A stretch of DNA of 60,309 nt from a virus. Taxonomy: Duplodnaviria > Caudoviricetes. The stretch spans positions 1 through 60,309 of the IMG/VR virus record IMGVR_UViG_3300035670_000225. One strand, written 5' to 3'. This document shows, piece by piece, positions 8,404 through 18,134 of the stretch (position 1 is its first letter; each line of letters starts with the position of its first letter). Under the pieces are notes generated by a model. That model made no database searches. It had not been told where the DNA came from and worked only from the letters and a program-made list of their open reading frames with translations. Both the position numbers and the translations under genes were made by a program.

Positions 8404-9582
8404 GTGCAGCCATTGTTTGTGTTTACCGCTGATCTTCATTTAGAGGACGGCGCGTGGTCAACAAAACCCGGTATTTACGGCGACGCTTATTACAGTTTTG
8501 CCCAGATAATTGACTATTGCATCGCGCACCGGCTGCCGCTGATCCTTGGCGGCGACGTGTTGGAGCGCAAACAGAACCTCGCCCGCCCGATCGCGAAGTT
8601 GTGCGAGGGGTTATCGCGGATGCAAGCCGCGCAGTTGGACGTGTACTACATTCAGGGCAATCACGAGTACGACCGAAACGCCCCGTGGCTCAGCATCCAC
8701 CCGTGGCCGATTCACCTGCACAACATCAGCGCCGATTTTGGCGCCATTAGCATTAGCGTTCACGGACTTGACTGGCTCCCCCGCGGCGAGATTCAGACGG
8801 CATTCCAAGCCGTACCCGCGGATACAGATATCTTGGTGACCCATCAGGTCTGGAAAGACTTCATGGGTGAGATCGGCCGTACAGAATGCGAACTGACCGA
8901 CGTACATCACGTCCAGACAGTGCTGGCCGGCGACTTTCACGTGACGAAGATCGTGGAAAGCGTCAACGCGCAGGGTAAGCCTATCAAGATGCTGTCGCCC
9001 GGCTCGACGGCCATGCAGGACATGGGCGAGCAGCCGTCGAAGTTTTTCTTTGTAATCTCTGAGCACAATGGTGCGATTGTTTTTGATGCGGTACCGTTGA
9101 AGACGCGTGGCACGCTGAGTTACGTTGTTAAGGACGTTGAGTTGCTTGACGAGTTGTGCGCCGGCAAATTGACTCGAGAGATCGAGAAGTTAGTGGCGGA
9201 TAGCAAGTCCGCCGGCCACCACCCCGATATCCACAAGCCGCTTGTTCGAGTTAAATTTGACAAACGGCTTCCCGACGCTTTTCTGCGCATCACAACTGCA
9301 GTATCTGATTCTGCGCATTTGTTTTGCGAGGCGCTGACCGACAAGGTGGCTCAGCGGCAATCTCAAACCCGCGATTCGGTTAAGAATGATCTGTTGTCCG
9401 CGCTGTCCGATTTGATCGGCGACGGGAATGAGTCATACAAATTGGCTTCTGCTCTTTTGACGGCGGACGACCCCGGCAAAGAGTTGGAAGCGCAGTTCTC
9501 TAAGTTTATGAACGAGGAGCCCCATGCAACTTCTGAAACTGGAAGTGAGGAACTGGGTTCACCATCGGCAGCGGACGTGTGA
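8404..9582 (+). CDS. sbcD: Mre11/SbcD/gp47-like metallophosphoesterase nuclease
   Basis: DLH, GDV, GNHE, HQ and GDFH motifs; adjacent to an SMC ATPase. Confidence 0.9.
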   Translation: MQPLFVFTADLHLEDGAWSTKPGIYGDAYYSFAQIIDYCIAHRLPLILGGDVLERKQNLARPIAKLCEGLSRMQAAQLDVYYIQGNHEYDRNAPWLSIHPWPIHLHNISADFGAISISVHGLDWLPRGEIQTAFQAVPADTDILVTHQVWKDFMGEIGRTECELTDVHHVQTVLAGDFHVTKIVESVNAQGKPIKMLSPGSTAMQDMGEQPSKFFFVISEHNGAIVFDAVPLKTRGTLSYVVKDVELLDELCAGKLTREIEKLVADSKSAGHHPDIHKPLVRVKFDKRLPDAFLRITTAVSDSAHLFCEALTDKVAQRQSQTRDSVKNDLLSALSDLIGDGNESYKLASALLTADDPGKELEAQFSKFMNEEPHATSETGSEELGSPSAADV

Positions 9583-11680
9583 GTTTACACGCGGGTTAGT
9601 TGCCATTCTTGGTGAAAACGGTTCTGGCAAAAGCAGTCTTTTCGGGGCCATCCGTTGGCTCCTCACGGGCGAAAACCCCAACTTCGGCGTCAAGGCTGAC
9701 AACATCAGCCAGTACGCCAAGGAGGGCGAGCCAGCCTACGCGACCCTAGAGTTCGAGCACAACGGGCACATTGCCGTCGTGACTAGATATCTATTGCCGG
9801 AAAAAGAGCAGTCATTACTGGCTGTCGACGGCAAGGAGGTCGCACGCGGCGACAAGGCGGTAACGGCTGGGATCGAAAAACTGCTGGGCGTTGATGCCAA
9901 GTTCATCAGCCGGTTTATCATCGTCTCCCAGACCGAGATATTTTCATTTATTGACGACAATCAAACAGACACAGACAAATTTTTTCAGCGTCTATTCAAC
10001 ACGGCTAAAGCCGACAAGTGTCAAGATGTAATTGGCAAGGGGCTGCTGAAATTAAATGTGCCTGAAATCATCAAACCCAGTTCGCAAATAGCGGCGGAAC
10101 AAGCGGAGGTCGCCAAACAAATCGAGTACATGGACGAGCAGATTGAAAAACTGCCCTCACTCGACGCTTTTATCCAAGCACAAGACCGCGACCAGAAACT
10201 TATTCACCAATGGGAGGCGCGAAAAAAAGCAGGCATTGAACTGCAGCGTTTGACCCAGCAAGCAACTGAGTACGAAAAAGAAATAGAAGACGCAGAAGAG
10301 ACCTGCCGTCAGTACGAAAAAGATTTAGAGGCGTTCTCGGCGGCTATCAACGGCAAGGAAACGAACCACCGCGAAGCCAAGATCGCCCTAGGTCACTGGG
10401 AAAATTACAAAAACATTGCGAAGGTAAAAGCCAAGATTCAAGAGCAACGCACCGCCATTGCAGCGGAGCGCGTCCAGAATCCAGAACCGCCAATACCGCA
10501 AGGCCCGACTGCAGAAAATCTGCGAGGAAATGCCGAGGCTGTCAAACGTCAACTGAAAGACGCAGAGCGGTTCGTCGCCATGTTTACCGAAGACGGCGTG
10601 GCCGAGTGCCCGACCTGTCATACACCTTCGGCCCAGTTAGCGGCGCAGGTAACGGAGCAGCAAGACCAAATTCCTAAATTGGTTGAACTGCTGTCTGAAT
10701 TGCAAGTTGAAGCCGCAGAACGGGCTGCGGCAGAAAATGCGCGCGGCCAGTGGGAGTTGCTAAATGAAAAACTAAAGGCCCGCGAAAAGCATCTAGATGA
10801 ATCCGAGCGTGACTTGACGATTGTTAAGCCGCCGGAATCTACCGAAGAAGAACTTCAGCAGGCCGTATCAGATTACGAGGATTTTCAAGCGGCGCAAAAT
10901 GAACTTGCCCCGCTGATGCAAACCACGCGCGAGCACATCGCCAAACTCAATGGCGCGCTAGCCGCTGTCCGTGAACGTATTGGAAAACTGTCTGAAGATA
11001 TTAAAGCCATTACGACCACCGAAGCGGACGCCCATTTAGCCGGAGCGCGGCTGGAAGAATTGCGCAAACAATGTTCCGGCCGGCAAGTTTTGGAGCAGCA
11101 CAAAGTAGCGTTGTTGGCAGAAGACCGTCGACTACAAGAAATATACGACCTTACTTTGGCGCAAGAAACGGCGGCAGTGAAGTTGCGGCAGTGGGTCACG
11201 GTTGCCGAGCAGGCACGTGAGGCGCTGAAAAATGCGCCGCGAATTGTTGCGCAACGAAATTTGCAGCGGCTTGAGGCGGCTATTAATGAGTTATTGCAGG
11301 TGTTTAGTGTAAACTTTCAAGTAAAGGTCGCGAACGACGGCTCGCCAAACTTTGTTGCGGAGTTTTACGATGGTCGACGTCAACCCGCGCAGCGACTTTC
11401 AATCGGGCAAAAAACAGTCTTGGCTCTTGCGTTTCGAGTCGCCGTCAACGCCATGTTTGCCGAAGAGATCGGGTTATTGGCGCTGGACGAACCTACTGCG
11501 TCTTTGGATCAGCCGCGTATTCAAGCGCTAGCGCCGGTGCTTGAAAAGTTACGCGATCTTTCTACGGCAAAAGGGTTACAATGTTTGCTTGTGACCCACG
11601 CGTCAAGTTTGTCGCATTTATTTGAGTCAACAATCGAATTAGAGCCGCCGGAGTTACGCAATGTTCGCGCAGCAGGATGA
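9524..11680 (+). CDS. sbcC: Rad50/SbcC/gp46-like SMC ATPase
   Basis: Walker A GENGSGKS, coiled coil with CPTC zinc hook, signature LSIGQ, Walker B LDEPT, H-loop VTH. Confidence 0.93.
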   Translation: MQLLKLEVRNWVHHRQRTCEFTRGLVAILGENGSGKSSLFGAIRWLLTGENPNFGVKADNISQYAKEGEPAYATLEFEHNGHIAVVTRYLLPEKEQSLLAVDGKEVARGDKAVTAGIEKLLGVDAKFISRFIIVSQTEIFSFIDDNQTDTDKFFQRLFNTAKADKCQDVIGKGLLKLNVPEIIKPSSQIAAEQAEVAKQIEYMDEQIEKLPSLDAFIQAQDRDQKLIHQWEARKKAGIELQRLTQQATEYEKEIEDAEETCRQYEKDLEAFSAAINGKETNHREAKIALGHWENYKNIAKVKAKIQEQRTAIAAERVQNPEPPIPQGPTAENLRGNAEAVKRQLKDAERFVAMFTEDGVAECPTCHTPSAQLAAQVTEQQDQIPKLVELLSELQVEAAERAAAENARGQWELLNEKLKAREKHLDESERDLTIVKPPESTEEELQQAVSDYEDFQAAQNELAPLMQTTREHIAKLNGALAAVRERIGKLSEDIKAITTTEADAHLAGARLEELRKQCSGRQVLEQHKVALLAEDRRLQEIYDLTLAQETAAVKLRQWVTVAEQAREALKNAPRIVAQRNLQRLEAAINELLQVFSVNFQVKVANDGSPNFVAEFYDGRRQPAQRLSIGQKTVLALAFRVAVNAMFAEEIGLLALDEPTASLDQPRIQALAPVLEKLRDLSTAKGLQCLLVTHASSLSHLFESTIELEPPELRNVRAAG

Positions 11681-12602
11681 AACTGTAATTAAACTTCATA
11701 CTGCGGCTGACGGAAAAGTCTGGTATTCCCGCGGTATTAGCGCCGTAAAAAATTCTGAGCAAATTGTCGACAGTTTTTTGCTGTCGCCGGTTGTAGCGGG
11801 AATTGGGCTTACGTTCAGACTACTGGGCGTACAACAAAACGCCGAGTTGTTATGCGCGTTGTATTTACGGCGTTATAAAGGCGAGATTCGTTCTATCGAA
11901 ATTGCCGGCCCGAATATTCTGGACAGCCAGTACGAACTGAGCAGTCCGGAACTCGTCGTGCAACGTATGCGCACGGTTGCAATGTCGCCTGCCGCGGGCG
12001 GGTGGCATCAATTGACCATGCACGATTATCCGACGTACGCCATGTTAGCGCGAATGTTACGGACGAATTACGAATATGACGAAACTACACAGCATTATTT
12101 TCAAATGCACCCAGCGCACAAAGCCTTGACGTTTATCCCGACGCTCGCCGCTGCGTCCGCCGCCAAAATGCTTATCTACATTATTGACCCGCGTTGGTAT
12201 ATTGACCGCCGACGCCCTGAGCGGCTTAAAAAGTTGGAGTTGTTTCTTGGTTTAACGCCGGCGGTGCAAACAAAAGTTTCGAACAGCAAAAAATTACTGA
12301 TTAAGAATAGAGAATTTCGTTGCGCGGCAGTATTGCGCAGTTGGAAAACACAGCCCATTGAAAATGTCGATCTCGCCGATCCGGCAAATTTTTTATATCG
12401 TATCTACCAAGCCGCCGGCGGCGGCGCAAAAGGCGACTTGCGAGCGTCACAAGCGTTTATTCGGTATGTAAACGACAATTGGCTGGCTGGGCTAGAAAAC
12501 CGAAAAGGAATTCGTGACGGTTTATTTGCGCCGAACTTATTTTTCAAAACGCCGGCTGAAATCGAGACATACGAATATCACATGAAACCGCCAAAGAAAT
12601 AA
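11661..12602 (+). CDS. IS110-transposase/Nop-domain-like protein, apparently lacking the DEDD catalytic set
   Basis: HPAHKALTFIPTL...AAKMLIYIIDPRWY...KKLELFLGLTP follows the IS110 C-terminal pattern L.sIPGiG...aa.ll.eigd..RF...L..y.GL.P. Confidence 0.55.
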   Translation: MFAQQDETVIKLHTAADGKVWYSRGISAVKNSEQIVDSFLLSPVVAGIGLTFRLLGVQQNAELLCALYLRRYKGEIRSIEIAGPNILDSQYELSSPELVVQRMRTVAMSPAAGGWHQLTMHDYPTYAMLARMLRTNYEYDETTQHYFQMHPAHKALTFIPTLAAASAAKMLIYIIDPRWYIDRRRPERLKKLELFLGLTPAVQTKVSNSKKLLIKNREFRCAAVLRSWKTQPIENVDLADPANFLYRIYQAAGGGAKGDLRASQAFIRYVNDNWLAGLENRKGIRDGLFAPNLFFKTPAEIETYEYHMKPPKK

Positions 12603-12603
12603 A

Positions 12604-13101
12604 ATGCAAGAAGTCACGATTACCATTCGATTTAATCGGGTGTGCCTTGGCGCCGCAAAAAAGCGGCGTCACGGACAAGTGATTTTTTGTTTTGAACGTG
12701 ATCCCAGTCAGCGGGTTATGTTTATGTCTGCGGCGTGGTTGGCGTGTATGCGCCATGCAGCCAAGATTGCAAACCGACACCATTCTGAAGTGAAAAAAAT
12801 AGATTGGTGTCCGGTCATTGTGGGCGAGCCGCGAACAGATTGGCGTCGCACCATTCTGACCCCGAACCAGCAAAACGATGGTATGCGCAGCCACTACGCG
12901 CTGCATGAGGCGTTTCGCCCGGGAGATACGGTGGTCATTTCCGCTGTTCTGCCAGATGAGATATCATTGGCGGACTTCACGCACCTATTAACGCTGGTGG
13001 GGAAGTATCGCGGATTTTCGCCGTTTAACAACGCACAAGACAAATATGGGACATTTGAAATTATATCAATCGAACCAGTCGCAGGTCCGGGAAGCGACTA
13101 A
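12604..13101 (+). CDS. stand-alone minimal RAMP (Cas7/Csm3-like RRM fold)
   Basis: VTITIRFNRVCLG, RD..RVMF.SAAWLACMRHAA, HEAFRPGDTVVI, and a C-terminal G-loop LLTLVGKYRGFSPF.....YGTFEI. Confidence 0.6.
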   Translation: MQEVTITIRFNRVCLGAAKKRRHGQVIFCFERDPSQRVMFMSAAWLACMRHAAKIANRHHSEVKKIDWCPVIVGEPRTDWRRTILTPNQQNDGMRSHYALHEAFRPGDTVVISAVLPDEISLADFTHLLTLVGKYRGFSPFNNAQDKYGTFEIISIEPVAGPGSD

Positions 13102-13102
13102 C

Positions 13103-14638
13103 ATGAATTTTGCGGGTTATCCGGTCGTCATTAACCGCACTGGTAACGTGCTAAAAATTACGGGCGCCGGAGGCACCGCGCTTAACCCAGAACTAGCGAC
13201 GCGGCTGACAAAAGACCTGCGCTACGATCACGTTGAGCAATTGCACGGGCAGTCGCGCAAAAATCCAATCACCGGCCAGCGCATTTTTTTCCAAACGCGT
13301 GAGTACAAACTTTATCGAATTGAAAACGGGCACGTTATTTTATTGAGCGGCTACCTAGCCCGAATGGTGAGTCGGCTAAAGAAGTTGGGTTGCGCGCTGA
13401 CGCTTGTCGATTCTTCTCCGCAACGGAAGCGGCCTAACTGTTATGTTCCGCAGTGGGAAAACTTATCTGGCAAAATCGAATTTCGCGCGCGGCAGGAAGA
13501 ATGCTTGCAGTTAATTTCGCGCGTTCCGTGCGGCATTATTAAAGCCGTGACGGGCTTTGGTAAAACGACGCTGATTGGCGCCGCGTCGCAACTTTTCCCA
13601 GACGCAAGAATTGACGTAGTCACCAAGTCTGTTGACGTGGCTGAGCGTATTGTGCGCAGCCTTCGGCGGTTTGTACCCAAAGTGGGCATGATCGGCGATG
13701 GGTGGAAGCAGCGCGAACGGGTGACAGTGATTACTGCCGGCAGTCTGCAGCATGCGGACGGCGAAGCCGACTTCATGTTTGCCGACGAGGTCCACCAACT
13801 TGCCACAATAAATTTTTCGACCGCGCTGGCGGCTCGTTATCGGAATAGCCGCAATTTTGGCATGAGCGCGACTCCGTACGCCCGCATGGACAATGCGCAC
13901 GCAATTCTGGAGCCGCTGTTTGGCCCAATGATCTTCGACCTCCCGTACCAGCAGGCGGTCGAATTAGGGCTTGTAGTCCCGGTCAAAGTGCGCTGGCTGC
14001 CAATCCGCTTGACACACAACCCCGCCGAGCGGTACAAGCATCGCGTCGCTCGGAAGCGGCATGGCGTTTGGACTAATCATGCACGGAACAGCATTATCGC
14101 CGACGCCGTACGAGAATACCCCGATGACTACCAGATTCTTATTCTGGTGGAAACGATTGAGCACGCGGTGCATTTGGGTTCTTTGTTGCCTGAGTTTACG
14201 CTTATGTACTCTCAAATGGCGCCGTACGACTGCGCAGGCTATAAGCGCCTCAAACTGCTACCGCAAGACTACAAGCCGCTTACAGACGTACAAAAACACG
14301 ATATGCGATCGGCGTTTGAGCAGGGCTCGCTTAAACGCGTTATTGCAACAGACGTCTGGTCAACTGGCGTAGACTTTGAGCAGTTAAATGTTTTGGTGCG
14401 GGCAGATGACAGGGATAGTGACATCGTTGACGTACAGGGTCCGGGTCGCGTTAGCCGAACTTACACGTCGCCCGAAGGCGTAGTGAAAGAATTTGGCGAA
14501 GTTATTGATTGTATGGACACATTTGACCCAACGTTCTATCGCAAAAGCACGGGACGCCGCGATAGTTACAAATTGTTGGGGTGGGAGCAAAATTGGAATG
14601 AGGCTGCAAGGAGTTGGCGCACGAAGGAAAGCGGATGA
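13103..14638 (+). CDS. superfamily 2 DExH helicase (UvsW/Rad25-like)
   Basis: TGFGKT, DEVH, SATP, TGVD and QGPGRVSR motifs. Confidence 0.92.
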   Translation: MNFAGYPVVINRTGNVLKITGAGGTALNPELATRLTKDLRYDHVEQLHGQSRKNPITGQRIFFQTREYKLYRIENGHVILLSGYLARMVSRLKKLGCALTLVDSSPQRKRPNCYVPQWENLSGKIEFRARQEECLQLISRVPCGIIKAVTGFGKTTLIGAASQLFPDARIDVVTKSVDVAERIVRSLRRFVPKVGMIGDGWKQRERVTVITAGSLQHADGEADFMFADEVHQLATINFSTALAARYRNSRNFGMSATPYARMDNAHAILEPLFGPMIFDLPYQQAVELGLVVPVKVRWLPIRLTHNPAERYKHRVARKRHGVWTNHARNSIIADAVREYPDDYQILILVETIEHAVHLGSLLPEFTLMYSQMAPYDCAGYKRLKLLPQDYKPLTDVQKHDMRSAFEQGSLKRVIATDVWSTGVDFEQLNVLVRADDRDSDIVDVQGPGRVSRTYTSPEGVVKEFGEVIDCMDTFDPTFYRKSTGRRDSYKLLGWEQNWNEAARSWRTKESG

Positions 14639-15353
14639 TATCGACTATCTTGATCCCGAGTGGTATCGATCTTTAAACGATGTGCAACTAGCGGCCTATA
14701 TTCGCTATTTGTTCATCTATCATCGCGAAGGCGCGATTGATTGGGATTCGTCCGTACATCAGAAGCCTCGTCCGCACGTAGACGGCGGTCGCGACCAGTA
14801 CGGCAATAAACGCACCGCCCTATGGCCGAAAGTAATTTCGGCAATTAAGCGGCGGGACGCAGTACCCGGAATATGGGTGGCAGCGCATTTTTCTGGGGCG
14901 CTGCATTCAGCGCGCGTAAGCAGCGGTAAAAACGTTATCGGCAGTAAACCAGAAGTCTTGGCCAGCGATATTTCTGAGCGCGTTTACGATGATTACATCG
15001 GATATTTTCCGTCGCTTATTAATCAGCAGCGCAAATCTGCTGAAGTGTCAATAACTACGCGCTACACAATTACTTCGTCGCTTGATTTGCCAGAAGACGA
15101 TCATGTATTGTTGGTGCTCTGCGATAAATCGCACGTAAACGCAACTCCGTTTTTACGGTACGCCTTTGCCGCCAGCCTCGACTGTCAGCGCGCAGCGAAC
15201 AAGTTTATTTGGCCTGCGGCAATCGAATACGAGACAAAACAGGCGCTTTATGACAAATACATTGAAGACAACCCAGAGTGTGATTGGTTTGTCTCACCCG
15301 CACTAAAAAAGTTTGTAGTAGATGTACGGAAGCACTGGAGCCGATATGCCTAA
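14598..15353 (+). CDS. hypothetical replication-module protein
   Basis: ORF between the two helicases, overlapping both; start uncertain. Confidence 0.7.
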   Translation: MRLQGVGARRKADDIDYLDPEWYRSLNDVQLAAYIRYLFIYHREGAIDWDSSVHQKPRPHVDGGRDQYGNKRTALWPKVISAIKRRDAVPGIWVAAHFSGALHSARVSSGKNVIGSKPEVLASDISERVYDDYIGYFPSLINQQRKSAEVSITTRYTITSSLDLPEDDHVLLVLCDKSHVNATPFLRYAFAASLDCQRAANKFIWPAAIEYETKQALYDKYIEDNPECDWFVSPALKKFVVDVRKHWSRYA

Positions 15354-17043
15354 TTATGGAAGATTTAGTGAAGGCCCCGTAGACGATATTGAACTCACAT
15401 TCGCCGAACTAAGGGCGATGGTCCGCGGGCTGGTACGGTTTCCAAGCATTCTTAAGTCTGCGGTTCGCGCCGGCTTTGCGCCGTCTCTGTTTACGGACGT
15501 CGCAGAGCAGGGTTTAGGGGTGTTCTTGACAATTTATTTGCAGTTGCACGATCGCCACGAAACGGTCACGAAAGACATGTTTCTTGCCGAAATTGAAGCA
15601 ATGTCGCAACTGCACGCGATTGCTATGGGTCGCGCGGAGGCCGACTTTTTGTTTGGCTCCCAAGATGGCGAAGACGGCTTTATTGATTTTGCGTTTGCTC
15701 CGCCGGCGCGTGATTTAGCCCCCGCTGAAATTCGGTCGGAGCGCGATTATTTTTCAAATATTTTGCGGCGGTTTTTAAATGCGCGATCGCTCAAACAACA
15801 ACTGAAACAACTTATAGCGCAAAGCAGCGATAATACTTCGCCGCTAGAGTTTCAGCGGTTGTTGGACGATTTCAACAAAAAAGCGCAAGTTATCAAATTT
15901 CTAGGCAACGAAGCCGTCAACTCGGCGCCAATGCCCGATATCGGCAGCCCGATCATTTTGCCGCCGCAGTTCGAGCCGACGACTATTGCGTGGATCGATA
16001 ACTTTATCGACGGTTTTCGCGAAGGCGACATCATTGGTTTGTTGGGCCCGTATGCTGGCGGCAAAACAACAATGCTCAGCACAATCGCTGTGCGGCTGGC
16101 CCAGCAATACGCGGCGAACAATCAAAATAAATTGGCTGTGTACATTTGCTACGAAGACGGCGCGCAAAAGTTGAACTACACATTTTATTCTGCTGCGGCC
16201 CACATTGAGCGAGCAGCGTTTATCAACAAAACTCCAGACGAAGTTTGGGCGGGCTTGTCGACGCGGGAAAATTTGAAAGCCTACGAGCGCACAATACCTG
16301 TTAACGCAAACGCTGAAATTTTGCTTTGCGAGCGCGACCGATGGGCGGCTGTACAGAGTTGGTACAACAGTCACTTTGTGTTTTTAGACTTCTCCAAAAA
16401 TCCCGAGACTGGCGGTCGCGGAAGCGGCGGCGTACACGAAATCGTGTCCGCACTTGAAAATCTTATTGCGCAAACCGGTATGCAGATCGGGTTGGTGTGC
16501 ATTGACTACGCTAGTTTGCTACTGAACCGCGAAATGGCGCAAAACACCAATACGAAGTATCAAGAGCAGATTTGGCGGCAGTTGCAGCAGTTGCCAGACG
16601 AACTAAAAACGCTTGTGGCGATCCCGTTTCGCTGCACTGTGTTTCTGGCGCATCAGTTGGCCGGCAGCGACATCAAGAATATCCCGCCGTATCGGCATGT
16701 CACGCATTTTGACGCTCAAGGTTCGAAGGCCTTCGCAGAAAATCTTCACGCGTGCGTGTGTTTGAACAAGCCCGATCCCGAGTCACGAGTATCTACGATT
16801 AATTGGTCTAAGGTTCGTTTTTCTCGCCCGGCGAGCCCGTACGGTTTAGTCAGAATTGACGAAAACGTCGTTGATGTGCGATCCGTCGATGACGAGTATT
16901 ACGTGAACGATCTCGCCAAAAAGATTATGCGGCGCGACGAGGCCGCTCCGACCGCGCATAACAATACCGTCGTGAGCCCGAGCGAGTCGACGCGCCGTCG
17001 CGTAATGCCAAACATTGATACGTTCGGAAGCGACATGTTGTAG
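15346..17043 (+). CDS. DnaB-like (SF4) replicative helicase
   Basis: GPYAGGKT, CYED, CIDYA and HQL motifs; next to the primase. Confidence 0.8.
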   Translation: MPNYGRFSEGPVDDIELTFAELRAMVRGLVRFPSILKSAVRAGFAPSLFTDVAEQGLGVFLTIYLQLHDRHETVTKDMFLAEIEAMSQLHAIAMGRAEADFLFGSQDGEDGFIDFAFAPPARDLAPAEIRSERDYFSNILRRFLNARSLKQQLKQLIAQSSDNTSPLEFQRLLDDFNKKAQVIKFLGNEAVNSAPMPDIGSPIILPPQFEPTTIAWIDNFIDGFREGDIIGLLGPYAGGKTTMLSTIAVRLAQQYAANNQNKLAVYICYEDGAQKLNYTFYSAAAHIERAAFINKTPDEVWAGLSTRENLKAYERTIPVNANAEILLCERDRWAAVQSWYNSHFVFLDFSKNPETGGRGSGGVHEIVSALENLIAQTGMQIGLVCIDYASLLLNREMAQNTNTKYQEQIWRQLQQLPDELKTLVAIPFRCTVFLAHQLAGSDIKNIPPYRHVTHFDAQGSKAFAENLHACVCLNKPDPESRVSTINWSKVRFSRPASPYGLVRIDENVVDVRSVDDEYYVNDLAKKIMRRDEAAPTAHNNTVVSPSESTRRRVMPNIDTFGSDML

Positions 17044-17051
17044 GAGTTTTT

Positions 17052-18131
17052 ATGACGATGACAAAATCGTCAGTGCCTAGAGTTAATCCGTTAAATCCAA
17101 CGCTATATGCGCTACTGGAGCACAAGTTTGGAGAAGTCAAAATTGCTAACGCCGGTTCTGCGGCTAATATTCAACGGTTTCCAGACCCGTTGCGACCGGG
17201 GCGAATAATCACGCAGGCCCATTGGTGGGGCGAGTATTATTGCGTCAACTGCCCGTTTTGTAATGACGTCGGAAATCGGTTGTGGATCAACCACCTGTAC
17301 GGCGCCGATTACAACCCGCGAACCGGCCGCCGCACCGATACGTTTTTAGCGCACTGCTACAAAAATGATTGCGTCGCAGCAGAGGGGCGCTCCGCGCAAC
17401 TAGAAGATATGATTTTTGGCCCCGGCAAGTGGGCTAACAGAAAATTAGCGATCCGCACGGGCGACATGTCGCAGGCTACGGAAACGATTGACGCCCCCGG
17501 CGATATTATCTCCCTGCGCGATCTGCCCGATAATCATCCGGCCGTCGAGTATCTTTCCGCGCGCGGATTTGATATCAATGAACTTTCTGATGTGTTTAAC
17601 GTTGGTGTGTGCGCAAAAGCCCCGACACGTTATCGCATTATGAACGGTCGCATTTACATTCCGTCGTTTTTCAACGGCCAGTTAGTTGCGTGGCAGGGCC
17701 GGCTTGCGCGAAACACAACGAGTAAGCAAGAGATCAAATATTACACGCAAGGCCGCAAAAGTCGCGCCCTGTACAACTACGACACGGCGCGCAATGAGTC
17801 TGCGGTTGTGCTAGTCGAAGGCGCGCCCAGCGTCTGGCGAATTGGGCGGGCTGGGGTATCTATCTTCGGTAAGACGTTGTCGTATTGGCAGGAAAACACG
17901 GTGGCAACGACGTGGGCTGGAAAACCTGTTTTCGTTGTGCTAGATTGCGACGCCCAAAAGGAGTTGGAGCACGTGGTCACGCAACTGTGCCAGCACAATT
18001 TACACGTTGTTCCTGTCGTGTTGCCGGATGAACGTGATCCCGCTGACTATTCTCGCGGCGATCTTCGCGACATTCTTTCCGCCGCCGCCTCTGCGGTTGG
18101 CGTTTCGGCGAATCTGTCTTTCTTAGAGTGA
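17052..18131 (+). CDS. DnaG-type primase
   Basis: Zinc finger CPFC...HCYKNDC, WQGR, KY, Toprim VEG and LDCD, and DPAD motifs. Confidence 0.88.
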   Translation: MTMTKSSVPRVNPLNPTLYALLEHKFGEVKIANAGSAANIQRFPDPLRPGRIITQAHWWGEYYCVNCPFCNDVGNRLWINHLYGADYNPRTGRRTDTFLAHCYKNDCVAAEGRSAQLEDMIFGPGKWANRKLAIRTGDMSQATETIDAPGDIISLRDLPDNHPAVEYLSARGFDINELSDVFNVGVCAKAPTRYRIMNGRIYIPSFFNGQLVAWQGRLARNTTSKQEIKYYTQGRKSRALYNYDTARNESAVVLVEGAPSVWRIGRAGVSIFGKTLSYWQENTVATTWAGKPVFVVLDCDAQKELEHVVTQLCQHNLHVVPVVLPDERDPADYSRGDLRDILSAAASAVGVSANLSFLE

Positions 18132-18134
18132 GTT

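Noticed and set aside
11661-12602. Active IS110 insertion sequence
   Set aside because: There are no non-coding ends, the gene overlaps or abuts its neighbours, and catalytic residues are not evident.
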